A model generated the notes under the pieces. That model made no database searches. It was not told where the DNA came from and saw only the letters and a program-made list of their open reading frames with translations. Both the position numbers and the translations under genes were made by a program. Positions 1-12,411 of a DNA stretch of 64,000 nucleotides are shown here, piece after piece. Every line of letters starts with the position of its first letter. Position 1 is the stretch's first letter. The stretch lies in the NCBI GenBank assembly GCA_052035405.1, contig JBPOHQ010000006.1:8039-72038 (forward strand), given 5' to 3'. The stretch is from Candidatus Nomurabacteria bacterium (GTDB lineage: Bacteria; Patescibacteriota; Minisyncoccia; Phycocordibacterales; UBA9973).

Positions 1-1283
1 AAGATTTAAAAGATTTAAGTAAAGATTTAAACGAAACTGATTTAAGTAAAGAGCTTAGCGATGTAAAAATGAAGGACGGGAAGATGGTCGAAGATGCTCC
101 AATTATCAAAATTGTAGCAGTTATTTTACGTAATGCTATTGAAGGAAACGCTTCAGATATACACATAGAGCACATTGGAGAAAAAGTAAAAGTTCGTTAT
201 CGAGTTGATGGTGCACTTCATACTACTATAATGCTTCCCACAAATGTACATAGTGGTATCGTTGCTCGTGTCAAAATTCTTTCTAAACTTCACTTAGATG
301 AAAAGAGAAAACCTCAAGATGGATCATTTAGTACAAATATTGATGGACGAAAAGTAGACTTTCGTGTTTCTACAATGCCTGGGTATTATGGTGAAAAGAT
401 TGCTATCCGTATATTGGATACTGAAAAAGGTGTACGCACACTTGATCAACTTGGTCTTTCTAAGACTAACGTAGACATGGTTCGTGAAGCTATTAAGAAA
501 CCTTTTGGACTTATTTTAGTTACTGGTCCTACTGGTGCCGGAAAATCAACGACACTTTACTCTATAATGAATGAGTTGGATAAAGAAAAGAGAAATGTCG
601 TTACATTGGAAGACCCTGTGGAATACCATATGCCCGATGTGAATCAGTCTCAGGTTATGCCAGAGATCGGATACACGTTTGCTTCCGGGCTTCGTTCTAT
701 TCTTCGTCAAGACCCTGATATTATCATAGTTGGAGAAATACGCGATAAAGAAACAGCTCAACTTGCAATTCAGGCTGCTCTTACTGGACACTTAGTGCTT
801 TCGACTCTTCATACTAATAATGCTATCGGTGCTATTCCTCGTCTTGTGGACATGGGAGTTGATCCTTATCTTATTGCACCTACCCTTATATTATCTGTCG
901 CTCAACGTTTAGCTAGAGCCACCTGTCCTTCTGCTAAAAAACTTGTTCACTTGGATCCAAGTATTAAATTACAGATAGAAGAACAAATGAAGGATTTACC
1001 TGTAGAGTTTAAAAAGGATATTATAATAAAAGAAGAGATGTATGACACTACAACTTCTTCTGAGTGTCCTTCAGGAACAAGGGGTCGTATTGCTATATTT
1101 GAAATGTTTAAAATTGATAAAGAGATCCAGAATGTTATTTTAAAAAATCCGATTGAATCTGAGATTTATAAAGTTGCTAGAAAAAATGGTATGCTCATGA
1201 TGAGAGAAGATGCTATGCTAAAAGCGGTAGATGGAGTTATACCTTTTGCTGATGTATACAATTTTAGCAACGATAATGAGTAG
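1..1283 (+). CDS. pilB: Type IV pilus assembly ATPase PilB/GspE family (5' end lies upstream of the window)
   Basis: ASDIHIE, RYRVDG, Walker A GPTGAGKS, Asp box TLEDPVEY, Walker B IIVGEIRD, His box TGHLVLSTLH. The frame is open from position 3, so the start is outside the window. Confidence 0.93.
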   Translation, partial: DLKDLSKDLNETDLSKELSDVKMKDGKMVEDAPIIKIVAVILRNAIEGNASDIHIEHIGEKVKVRYRVDGALHTTIMLPTNVHSGIVARVKILSKLHLDEKRKPQDGSFSTNIDGRKVDFRVSTMPGYYGEKIAIRILDTEKGVRTLDQLGLSKTNVDMVREAIKKPFGLILVTGPTGAGKSTTLYSIMNELDKEKRNVVTLEDPVEYHMPDVNQSQVMPEIGYTFASGLRSILRQDPDIIIVGEIRDKETAQLAIQAALTGHLVLSTLHTNNAIGAIPRLVDMGVDPYLIAPTLILSVAQRLARATCPSAKKLVHLDPSIKLQIEEQMKDLPVEFKKDIIIKEEMYDTTTSSECPSGTRGRIAIFEMFKIDKEIQNVILKNPIESEIYKVARKNGMLMMREDAMLKAVDGVIPFADVYNFSNDNE

Positions 1284-1331
1284 TGTATTTACGGTCGTTT
1301 TGTATTATAATAAAGATAATTCTAAAAATAT

Positions 1332-1739
1332 ATGGAAGGAGATAAAAAGAAAATTTTAATAGTAGATGATGATAGTTTTCTTTTAGACATGTATGCTTTC
1401 AAATTTAGTCAAAATAATTTTGAAGTACATACAGTGTCAGATGGTGCACAGGCATTAGAGAAATTAAAAGGGGGATTATTGCCTGATATTATTTTAATTG
1501 ATGTGATTATGCCTGGTATGGATGGTTTTGAGGTTTTACAAAAAGTGAACGACGATAAACTTTCTCCTAATGCTATAAAAATAATTTTATCTAATAAGAG
1601 TCAGCAAGCTGATATAGACAGAGGTAACAGTCTTGGTATTAGCGGATATATTGTCAAAGCAAATTCTACTCCTGCTGAAGTTATTGACCAAGTAATAGAG
1701 ATTTTAAGTAAAACTCAAAAAATTGTTATTCCAAAATAA
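1332..1739 (+). CDS. Stand-alone CheY-like response regulator receiver protein
   Basis: KILIVDDD, phosphoacceptor ILIDVIMPGMDG, GYIVK; no output domain. Confidence 0.9.
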   Translation: MEGDKKKILIVDDDSFLLDMYAFKFSQNNFEVHTVSDGAQALEKLKGGLLPDIILIDVIMPGMDGFEVLQKVNDDKLSPNAIKIILSNKSQQADIDRGNSLGISGYIVKANSTPAEVIDQVIEILSKTQKIVIPK

Positions 1740-1756
1740 AATTAAATAAAATAACT

Positions 1757-2815
1757 ATGAACCATAAACAAGAAATAGAAGATCTTATTTTAACTGTAAT
1801 ACGAGAGGGTGGATCAGACCTTCATTTAGGGGGAGGTAGATCTCCAGCTATTCGTGTAGCAGGAGAACTTATATTCCTTGTTAAGCATGAACCATTTACC
1901 GCTGATGATATGGATGGCATACTAAAAGTAGTGCTCGATAAAAAAAAGTATGAGAAATTTTTAGAAACTCAAGAGATGGATTTTTCTTATGATTTTAAAG
2001 GAGAGGCTCGACTTCGAGGCAATGCTTTTTTTCAGAAAGGATTACCTAATCTAGTTTTTAGACTTATACCAAAAGTAAAAACTTTGAATGAGTTGCATTT
2101 ACCACCAGTTATTTCAGATATTGCTCGTAAAAAGCAAGGATTCTTTTTAGTTGTTGGTCCAGTAGGGCAAGGTAAGTCGACGACTCTTTCTGCGATGATA
2201 AATATAATCAACAAAGAACAGACAAAACATATTGTAACTATCGAAGATCCGATAGAATACATGTATGCACCAGATAAATCCATTATTAATCAACGAGAAG
2301 TTGGATTAGATACAAAAGATTTTCACACTGCTCTACAATCAGTTTTTCGTGAGGATGTAAACGTTATTTTGATTGGTGAGATGCGTACTCCAGAGACGAT
2401 ATCGACAGCTGTTACCGCTGCTGAGACGGGACACTTGGTGTTTTCAACTCTCCATACCAACAATGCATCGCAGACTATAGATAGAATTATTGACTCTTTT
2501 CCAGCTGGACAGCAGGACCAGATTCGCGTACAGCTTGCTTCAAGCTTACTAGGTATTTTTTCTCAGAGACTTGTGCCTAGAATTGCAGGAGGTCTTGTAC
2601 CTGCATATGAACTACTCTTAAACAACAATGCTGTTGCGAACTTAATCCGTGAAAAAAGAACCCATGAAATAGATGTTGTCATTGAAACAGGTATGGAGTC
2701 TGGTATGATTGATTTAAATCACTCATTGCTTGAATTAGTAAGAACAGGGGAAATTTCCATTGAAAATGCTTATCAATATTCACTTAACCCAAAAGGACTC
2801 GAGAGAATGCTCTAG
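1757..2815 (+). CDS. pilT: Type IV pilus retraction ATPase PilT
   Basis: GSDLHL, GPVGQGKS, TIEDPIE, GEMR, AAETGHLVFSTLH, AVANLIRE motif. Confidence 0.93.
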   Translation: MNHKQEIEDLILTVIREGGSDLHLGGGRSPAIRVAGELIFLVKHEPFTADDMDGILKVVLDKKKYEKFLETQEMDFSYDFKGEARLRGNAFFQKGLPNLVFRLIPKVKTLNELHLPPVISDIARKKQGFFLVVGPVGQGKSTTLSAMINIINKEQTKHIVTIEDPIEYMYAPDKSIINQREVGLDTKDFHTALQSVFREDVNVILIGEMRTPETISTAVTAAETGHLVFSTLHTNNASQTIDRIIDSFPAGQQDQIRVQLASSLLGIFSQRLVPRIAGGLVPAYELLLNNNAVANLIREKRTHEIDVVIETGMESGMIDLNHSLLELVRTGEISIENAYQYSLNPKGLERML

Positions 2816-2821
2816 GATATT

Positions 2822-4030
2822 ATGTTATTTAAATACAAAGCAGTTGATGACAAAGGAATAAATAAAGAAGGAGAGATAGACGCTCCCAACCAGGACGTAG
2901 CTATTTCTGGTCTGCAGAGAAGAGGATTAATAATCCTTTCTATAAAAGCTTCTGAGGATGCAAAAAATTTCATGGATAAGTTTTTTACACCAAAGGTGCC
3001 CATGAAAGATGTTGTTATATTATCTAGGCAGATTGCAACACTCTTTGATGCACAAGTATCTGCTCTTAAAGCTTTTAATATGTTAGCCTCTAATGCTGAA
3101 AATAAAGTATTGGGAATGAAATTAACGCAGATAGGAGACGATTTGCAGGCAGGAGTATCAATATCAGGTTCTTTAGCTCGACACCCGGATGTTTTCTCTG
3201 ATTTTTATATAAACATGGTTAAAGCAGGAGAAGAAACAGGTAAACTAAACCAAACCTTTCTTCACTTAGCGGATTATCTCGATCGTCAATATGCACTTAC
3301 AACTAAAACACGTAATGCACTTATTTACCCAGCGTTTGTTATATTTACCTTTTTTGCAGTGATGACTGTTATGTTTGTTGTGGTTATACCTCGACTTTCT
3401 GCTATTTTGACAGAGTCTGGAGAAGCTGTTCCATTTTTTACAAAAATAGTTATTGCTGCATCTAATTTTTTTGTAAGTTATGGGTTTATCTTGGTTATAG
3501 GTATTATTCTTTTTGGTTTTTGGATATGGAGTTTGTCTCGAACTGATAAAGGTAAGGAGTTCATAGATCGAACTCGTTTATCCATACCAGCAGTTGGTAA
3601 TTTATATAGAAAGCTTTATTTATCTAGAATTGCTGACAACTTAGACACTATGCTTGTATCAGGTATCCCTATTATACGTTCGATTGATATTACTTCTGAT
3701 GTGGTAAGTAGCCGTGTTTATAAAGAATTACTAAAAGATGTTGCTGATGGTGTGAAGTCTGGTCTCGCTCTTTCTGCATCATTTGAAAAATATCCAGAAC
3801 AGATTCCAGGTATCATGGTACAAATGGTAAAAGTAGGAGAAGAGACAGGATCTCTTGGCCAAATACTTAAGACATTAGCTGATTTTTATAAGCGTGAAGT
3901 TGACGATGCAGTGGACACTCTTGTCGGTCTTATAGAACCTATAATGATAGTTGTATTAGGGCTCGGTGTCGGAGTATTGCTCGTATCTATTTTGTTACCT
4001 ATATATAATCTTGCAGGTGGTATTAGTTAA
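2822..4030 (+). CDS. pilC: Type IV pilus platform protein PilC/GspF family
   Basis: Two T2SSF domains (AGEETGKL, VGEETGSL), ALIYP, LIEP, three TM helices. Confidence 0.93.
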   Translation: MLFKYKAVDDKGINKEGEIDAPNQDVAISGLQRRGLIILSIKASEDAKNFMDKFFTPKVPMKDVVILSRQIATLFDAQVSALKAFNMLASNAENKVLGMKLTQIGDDLQAGVSISGSLARHPDVFSDFYINMVKAGEETGKLNQTFLHLADYLDRQYALTTKTRNALIYPAFVIFTFFAVMTVMFVVVIPRLSAILTESGEAVPFFTKIVIAASNFFVSYGFILVIGIILFGFWIWSLSRTDKGKEFIDRTRLSIPAVGNLYRKLYLSRIADNLDTMLVSGIPIIRSIDITSDVVSSRVYKELLKDVADGVKSGLALSASFEKYPEQIPGIMVQMVKVGEETGSLGQILKTLADFYKREVDDAVDTLVGLIEPIMIVVLGLGVGVLLVSILLPIYNLAGGIS

Positions 4031-4038
4031 AATTAAGG

Positions 4039-4085
4039 TGTGGATAACTTTACTGTACTTGTCTTTCTCTCAGGTATGATATAAT
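4039..4085 (+). promoter_or_regulatory. Pilin promoter with an upstream consensus DnaA box
   Basis: TGTGGATAA at 4039-4047 is the reverse complement of TTATCCACA; extended -10 TGaTATAAT ends at 4085. Confidence 0.5.
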
Positions 4086-4189
4086 AAGAGCATTAAAAAC
4101 AAGTCGAAGTTTCTACTTTTAAATGAGTAGATAAAAAATTATAAATTATTAATAGTTACTTGTCTCAGGTAAAATGAGACGAACAAATT

Positions 4190-4711
4190 ATGAAGAAAAT
4201 CAATTTTAAGAAAGGTTTCACACTTATAGAACTCTTGGTAGTTATTGCTATCATCGGTATCTTAGCTTCTGTTGTTCTTGCGTCACTTAACACAGCAAGA
4301 AACAAAGGAAATGATGCAGCTATCAAGGCTGATATGTCAGGAGTTCGTGCTACCGCTGAAGTTGCATATGATACTAACGGTAGTAAATACAATACTGATG
4401 GTACAACAGCTGCTAATGGTATTGACTGTGGAGCTACATTCACTGCAAACACGATCTTTGTTAACCCAAGCGTTTCTTCAGCTCTTGCACACGTAAAGAC
4501 TCAAAACGGAAACGTTGCTCTTTACTGTAACCAGAATGCTGCTGGTTCAGCATATGCTATTGCAGCTACTTTGAAGTCAGGAGGATACTGGTGTGTTGAC
4601 AGTACAGGTGTTGCAAAGGGAACACAAGGAACAGGTACTGTGTCTTACACAGCACAATCTGGTGCTACGTCTGCAGCCCTAAGTTCTTCTACAGACTACG
4701 ATTGTAACTAA
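4190..4711 (+). CDS. Type IV pilin, probable major pilin
   Basis: Class III signal peptide KKG/FTLIELLVVIAIIGILA, C-terminal YWCVDS motif, four Cys, own promoter and terminator. Confidence 0.9.
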   Translation: MKKINFKKGFTLIELLVVIAIIGILASVVLASLNTARNKGNDAAIKADMSGVRATAEVAYDTNGSKYNTDGTTAANGIDCGATFTANTIFVNPSVSSALAHVKTQNGNVALYCNQNAAGSAYAIAATLKSGGYWCVDSTGVAKGTQGTGTVSYTAQSGATSAALSSSTDYDCN

Positions 4712-4730
4712 ATCTGAGTTTTAGATATTT

Positions 4731-4768
4731 TAAAAATAAAACCACCCAAAAGGGTGGTTTTATTTTTA
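4731..4768 (+). terminator. Intrinsic terminator after the first pilin
   Basis: TAAAAATAAAACCACCC-AAAA-GGGTGGTTTTATTTTTA perfect inverted repeat with U-tract. Confidence 0.85.
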
Positions 4769-4829
4769 TTCTGTATGTTATAATAATAACTATATTATCA
4801 ATTATTATTTAGTTATATTTTTATTTTAT

Positions 4830-5288
4830 ATGTCTACATTTAAAAGGGAAAAAGGTTTTACACTTGTAGAACTTTTGATTGTCTTGGCTATCATAGGTAT
4901 CTTGGCTGCAATAGTTCTTGTTGCACTCAATGATTCTCGAAACAAGGGTGCTGACGGTGGAGTGAAATCAAATCTATCAAGTGCTCGATCTGTAGCAGAG
5001 GTTTACTATAATACAAATACTGGTAATCCTAATTCTTATACTTTAGTTTGTACTCTAGGTACACCAGGAGGTATCAGTGCAAATATGGTAGCAGCTATAA
5101 AATCTGCCGGACTACCTACTTATACAGTAAATGGTACTGGTACATTGACTACCGCTACTTGTAACGAAAATGGATCTTCTTGGGCTGCTGAAGTTCCTCT
5201 TAAGGTTGGTGGTATGTGGTGTGTGGACAGTACATCTAAATCATTTAAAACAAATAACACCATAGGTGCTGGTACTGTTTGTAGTTAA
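4830..5288 (+). CDS. Second type IV pilin, paralog of the first
   Basis: EKG/FTLVELLIVLAIIGILA; MWCVDS motif. Confidence 0.9.
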   Translation: MSTFKREKGFTLVELLIVLAIIGILAAIVLVALNDSRNKGADGGVKSNLSSARSVAEVYYNTNTGNPNSYTLVCTLGTPGGISANMVAAIKSAGLPTYTVNGTGTLTTATCNENGSSWAAEVPLKVGGMWCVDSTSKSFKTNNTIGAGTVCS

Positions 5289-5303
5289 TTACAAATATAA
5301 TTT

Positions 5304-6089
5304 ATGGTAATTGCACTAACAATTGTATTTTCTGTGTTGGGTCTTATCATTGGTAGTTTTTTGAATGTTGTTATTCTTAGATTAAATACTCAAAAATCTC
5401 TTGGAGGCAGAAGTGCTTGCATGTCTTGTCAAAAAACCCTATGTTGGTATGAACTTATTCCATTTTTTAGTTTTATTGCTTTAAGGGGTAGGTGTAAAAC
5501 TTGTAAAACCAAGATATCTATTCAATACCCATTAGTTGAAATTGCTGCAGGTTTTGTTTTTGGGTTACTTTTTTGGAAGTTTCAAAATATATTTTTTGAC
5601 CAAACAATTAGTTTCTCCTTAGTATATGGTTACTATGCTATTTTGTTTTCCCTTTTAATAGCAATAGTAACTTATGACATTAAACATAAAATCATACCAG
5701 ACGTGTTGTCTTTTGTGTTTGGCCTTATTTCATTTTTAGGAATTTTTATTTTTGATGGATATGTTTTTTACCTACATATTCCAACCTTTCTAGAACTTTT
5801 ATCTGGAATTATAATTGCTGTTCCTTTCGCTCTGTTATGGTTATTTTCTAAAGGGGAGTGGATGGGCCTTGGAGATGCAAAATTGATGTTGGGAATGGGT
5901 TTTATGCTTGGATTAGAAAAAGCTCTTTCCTCTCTGGTTATAGCATTTTGGTCTGGAGCAATTTTTGGAGTCCTTTTTATGGTAATCAACAAAAAAAACT
6001 TAAAGACAGAAATACCTTTTGCACCTTTCTTAGCTTTAGGTACACTGCTCGCTTTTTTTCTAGATATTTTTATTTTTAGAATTTTTTAA
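5304..6089 (+). CDS. pilD: Prepilin peptidase (A24)
   Basis: GSFLNVVI, two CxxC pairs, YD and GLGDAKL catalytic Asp motifs, PFAPFL. Confidence 0.93.
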   Translation: MVIALTIVFSVLGLIIGSFLNVVILRLNTQKSLGGRSACMSCQKTLCWYELIPFFSFIALRGRCKTCKTKISIQYPLVEIAAGFVFGLLFWKFQNIFFDQTISFSLVYGYYAILFSLLIAIVTYDIKHKIIPDVLSFVFGLISFLGIFIFDGYVFYLHIPTFLELLSGIIIAVPFALLWLFSKGEWMGLGDAKLMLGMGFMLGLEKALSSLVIAFWSGAIFGVLFMVINKKNLKTEIPFAPFLALGTLLAFFLDIFIFRIF

Positions 6090-6103
6090 AAGTGTTAAAA
6101 ACA

Positions 6104-6718
6104 ATGAAAAAAACAATAAATAAAACAAGAGGTATGACCTACGTTGAACTTATTGTTGTACTAAGTATTTTCTCTGTTATTTCTACAATCGTTATTTTTA
6201 ATTATAAAGAATTTCAAGCTAAAGTAGACATAAGAAATTTAGCAAATGATGTTGCTTTAAAAATAGTTCAAGCACAGAAAAATTCAACTACGGGGGATTT
6301 ATCAGACTCAATACCAACTACAATACCACCTGAAGCTTGGAAGCCATCTTATGGATTGTATTTTGACGTATCTACTCCACGTAATTTTATTTATTTTACT
6401 GATTTAAATAATACTTCAGCATGTGACGATCCAGGTTGTATACCTCCTTATACCCTCGGAGGTGAAGTAGATGAAATTATAAATATAACAGGAGGTCATG
6501 CTATTCCTTTAGATGGTCTTCAAGTAATAGGAGATGGTTGTCCAGCAACTGTGACAAACTTGAGTATTACATTTAAACGTCCTAGTTCGGGTGCAATTAT
6601 TAGTAGTAATCCACCTTTAGGTTGTACTGTGAATTATGTTTCTATTACTCTGGCTTCTGACTATGTATTTAATGCTAAGATAAGAGTGTACCCCTCAGGC
6701 AGAATTCAATTTGATTAA
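6104..6718 (+). CDS. Minor pilin (FimT/GspH-like)
   Basis: RG/MTYVELIVVL prepilin motif; ATG at 6104 preferred over the track start. Confidence 0.75.
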   Translation: MKKTINKTRGMTYVELIVVLSIFSVISTIVIFNYKEFQAKVDIRNLANDVALKIVQAQKNSTTGDLSDSIPTTIPPEAWKPSYGLYFDVSTPRNFIYFTDLNNTSACDDPGCIPPYTLGGEVDEIINITGGHAIPLDGLQVIGDGCPATVTNLSITFKRPSSGAIISSNPPLGCTVNYVSITLASDYVFNAKIRVYPSGRIQFD

Positions 6719-6734
6719 TTAAGAAAGTTTTTTA

Positions 6735-7343
6735 ATGAAAAAATTATTTAAAAATAATAATAGTGGTTATACGATTATAGAAACTATGATTGCTATATCT
6801 CTTTTTATTATAATCATTATGTCTGGCATGGGGGCTCTTTTGAATGCTAATTTATTGCAACATAAGTCTCAAGATATGCGTTCTATTGTAGACAATTTAA
6901 GTTTTATCATGGAAGATATATCTAGAAACCTAAGAACTGGTTATGAATATCGCTGTATTACTGATGGTAATTTTTTAACTAATTTAGAAATACCACAAAG
7001 CTGCTCTACTGGAGGGGCTATTGCCTTCGAAGAATCACAAGGGGATACCGGTATAACAAGTGATCAGTGGATCTATAAGATAGAATCTAATGATGGAGGG
7101 GTTACTTTTAATATCTTTAAATCAATTGATGGGGGTACAAATTTTGTTCAGTTAAATGGAACTGAGATAGTGATTAATTCTGTCTCGGGATTTTCCGTGT
7201 TAGGGGCAGAGGCTGCTCCCGGTAATGAACAGCAGCCCTTAGTCAATATTAGGCTTGCTGGTGAGATTTATTACAAAGATCTGATAACCCCTTTTGATTT
7301 ACAGACTTCTGTTTCTCAGAGGTTAATACAAGTTGCACCTTAA
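6735..7343 (+). CDS. Minor pilin (PilW/GspJ-like)
   Basis: SG/YTIIETMIAI prepilin motif; DISRNLR helix. Confidence 0.75.
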   Translation: MKKLFKNNNSGYTIIETMIAISLFIIIIMSGMGALLNANLLQHKSQDMRSIVDNLSFIMEDISRNLRTGYEYRCITDGNFLTNLEIPQSCSTGGAIAFEESQGDTGITSDQWIYKIESNDGGVTFNIFKSIDGGTNFVQLNGTEIVINSVSGFSVLGAEAAPGNEQQPLVNIRLAGEIYYKDLITPFDLQTSVSQRLIQVAP

Positions 7344-7351
7344 TTTAAAAT

Positions 7352-7929
7352 ATGAATATTCTCGATCAAAAAAACAATACTGGATTTACTCTAATTGAAA
7401 CTCTTGTCGCAGTGTCTATTTTTACTGTTTCTGTTATTGCTTTAATTACGGTACTTGCTAATAGTATCTCTGATACTAATTATGCTAAAAGGAAATTGGC
7501 TGCAACCTACTTAGCTCAGGAGGGTATAGAATATGCTAGAAATATGAGAGATACTTACTTACTTTATCCTCCAGCAGCTACAGTGGGATGGGATGATTTT
7601 AAAGTTAAGCTTAGTCCTTGTGATACTGCTACTTCAGGTTCCTGTTATTTCGATGAGCAGGCATTGAATTTTACAGATCAATCTCAGCCAATAATTGATG
7701 TTTCAGTAAATGCTTGTCCGCTCTCTGTGTGTCCTAATCTTTTATATAATTCTGTGACTGGAAAATACAATTACAGTACAGGTGTTGATTCTGGTTTTCA
7801 AAGAAAGTTATATATAACAAACATAAATAATAATGAAATACAAATTGTATCGACTGTTTCTTTTTTAGAAAATAACAATACTTACGAAGTAAAGCTTTCA
7901 GAAAATTTATTTAACTGGATAAGACCATA

Positions 7930-7930
<1 letters not shown>
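7352..7930 (+). CDS. Minor pilin (PilV/GspI-like)
   Basis: TG/FTLIETLVAV; ATYLAQEGIE motif. Confidence 0.78.
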
Positions 7931-10516
<2,586 letters not shown>

Positions 10517-10525
10517 TCAAAAAAT

Positions 10526-10735
10526 ATGGAAGGGTATAGAATAGAAAAAAATCCAAGAACCGGCAGAGACAAATTGGTTAAAATAACTGTTCCAGAACAA
10601 CCAGCCAATTTAGAAGACGAAGTTTGTGGTGTGTGTGGTAATACTGGAATTATTACAGAACTCGGTGAAGGTACTTTCTGTCACTGTCCAAAGGGTAGAA
10701 GAAAGGAAGCAGAAGAAAAAGGTATTCACGAGTAA
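10526..10735 (+). CDS. Small hypothetical zinc-finger protein
   Basis: 69 aa, CGVCGNTG...FCHC, starts 9 bp after ligA. Confidence 0.55.
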   Translation: MEGYRIEKNPRTGRDKLVKITVPEQPANLEDEVCGVCGNTGIITELGEGTFCHCPKGRRKEAEEKGIHE

Positions 10736-10796
10736 AATATTCAATACTTGAATCTTGTCTTCAGTAAGGTTGAACCTCTTTATAGATTTCAGATCA

Positions 10797-11924
10797 TTAT
10801 TCAGCGTAGATTGCTTTTGCAAATTCCTCAATGTCTAGGATTTGATTTTCTTTTTTACCGTGAACTATTATTGCATCTGTGTCTGTATTAAAACCTATCA
10901 TCGCGACAGATATCTCGCTGTTTTTTCCACTACCGAGGGTAAACTCTGCTTGTTTAACGAGCTCTACTGCATTATCCTTTGCTGCCTCAGTATCATATCC
11001 ATGTCCTGCACAACCAAGATGTTTGTCGAGTTTAGAGAAGTGGTATGTGGCTATTAAAAGAGAGTTTTTTTTATTATCTATAGCATAATCAATCCATCCA
11101 GAGATTTTATCGTAAAACGCTTTCCATCCAAAATGGAATTTAGCACCAATGTTTCGCATTGGTTGAATGATACCCATTGGAGTTTCAGTTGCGAGAGGTA
11201 AATGAATACGTCCATCCATACATTTAAGTACCATGATTTCTGTTGGATAATTTTTTCTATACACACGTCTTTGAGTTATGTTGTACGGACTTGTAAATTC
11301 TTCATGCTGGAGTCTATTGTGAGTTATAACAAACTCCCCAATAGGATTTAATTTCTTCGGAATTATGTAGCTACTTTTTGAAAATTTTTTAAGAGTGTTT
11401 TCGTCTAGGGGTTCAAAGAGACGAGTCTCCTCATTCATGATACCGACGATCATTTGGAGCCCAGAATCCACAAGGTCTTGAAATTGGTCCTCGATTATCT
11501 TTTGAGCAAAGTCGAGCAGTGAAATGGCCTTAAGCATTGAATGTCTTTTGTCTTTAAGTTCTTTGTACGATACGGAGACCATAACCAGCACACCTTTATC
11601 TTTTGGTATGCGTCCTTCTTTTAGGTTTGATTGGATAACTTTGAGCTGTGTGATAAACGGTGTGTATGGGTCGAGAGCGACGGGGTTTACGATAAGTGCG
11701 AAGTTTTCTAAATGTAACCAGTCAAAACCAGATCCAAGGCAGACAACTTGTTCCTGATGATTGACCATTGTAGGTGTGGTTTTATTTTTCTTTAATTTGT
11801 CAGAGACATGAATCACGTTTCCGTACAAGAGATGGGAAAAATCCTTGATAACCTGACTCGGAAAGTTCGGGAAAAATTCTTTGATACTATTTTCTATTTT
11901 TTGTTCACTTTGTTGTATATCCAT
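10797..11924 (-). CDS. CsoSCA-like (beta-class) carbonic anhydrase, apparently circularly permuted
   Basis: Zinc-site motifs KCMDGR and YHFSKLDKHLGCAGHG lie in the C-terminal half; HQEQVVCLGSGFDWLH, resembling the CsoSCA C-terminal domain, lies in the N-terminal half. Confidence 0.75.
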   Translation of the reverse strand: MDIQQSEQKIENSIKEFFPNFPSQVIKDFSHLLYGNVIHVSDKLKKNKTTPTMVNHQEQVVCLGSGFDWLHLENFALIVNPVALDPYTPFITQLKVIQSNLKEGRIPKDKGVLVMVSVSYKELKDKRHSMLKAISLLDFAQKIIEDQFQDLVDSGLQMIVGIMNEETRLFEPLDENTLKKFSKSSYIIPKKLNPIGEFVITHNRLQHEEFTSPYNITQRRVYRKNYPTEIMVLKCMDGRIHLPLATETPMGIIQPMRNIGAKFHFGWKAFYDKISGWIDYAIDNKKNSLLIATYHFSKLDKHLGCAGHGYDTEAAKDNAVELVKQAEFTLGSGKNSEISVAMIGFNTDTDAIIVHGKKENQILDIEEFAKAIYAE

Positions 11925-11958
11925 AATTTTATTACCTACATACTTTTAATTGAGTTTG

Positions 11959-12043
11959 AGGAGGGTAGGAGATTCGAACTCCTGGTGGTATTACCCACAC
12001 CCGCTTTCCAAGCGAGCGCACTAGACCGCTATGCGAACCCTCC
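11959..12043 (-). tRNA. tRNA-Ser(GGA)
   Basis: GGAGGGT/ACCCTCC acceptor stem, anticodon arm CTCGC-TTGGAAA-GCGGG, long variable arm, GTTCGAATC T-loop; CCA not encoded. Confidence 0.95.
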
Positions 12044-12099
12044 ATAAAACCTATTGTTCTAATGTACATTAAAATAAGAAGAAATGCTATAATGTATGT

Positions 12100-12363
12100 A
12101 TGGAAACGCTTATTCATGCAGATATCTTCTTTTTTATAACCAGTGTCGCGGTGGTTGTTTTGACGTTACTCCTTATTGTAGGTCTATTTTATTTTTTGCA
12201 AATATTGAGGAATTTTAGAGATATCTCTAATACGCTTAAGAAGGGGGTAGATCATGCTTCGAACCATCTAGAAGATTTAATAGAGACCATATCTCATAAT
12301 CCTGTGTTTCGATTTCTTTTTGGTAGAAAGAAAACCAGCAAAAAACATTCAAAGAAAGAATAA
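12100..12363 (+). CDS. Small membrane protein (one TM plus coiled coil)
   Basis: Hydrophobic N-terminal helix, basic tail, -10 box just upstream. Confidence 0.7.
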   Translation: METLIHADIFFFITSVAVVVLTLLLIVGLFYFLQILRNFRDISNTLKKGVDHASNHLEDLIETISHNPVFRFLFGRKKTSKKHSKKE

Positions 12364-12411
12364 AATGGTATAATTATAAGGTGATTATTAGTTGTTAATA
12401 TAAATAAAGTC

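Noticed and set aside
4039-4047. Replication origin at the DnaA box
   Set aside because: It is a single box, with no cluster and no dnaA or dnaN nearby
11808-12117. ORFs 11808-12047 (+) and 11932-12117 (-)
   Set aside because: Both overlap the tRNA-Ser gene and are spurious
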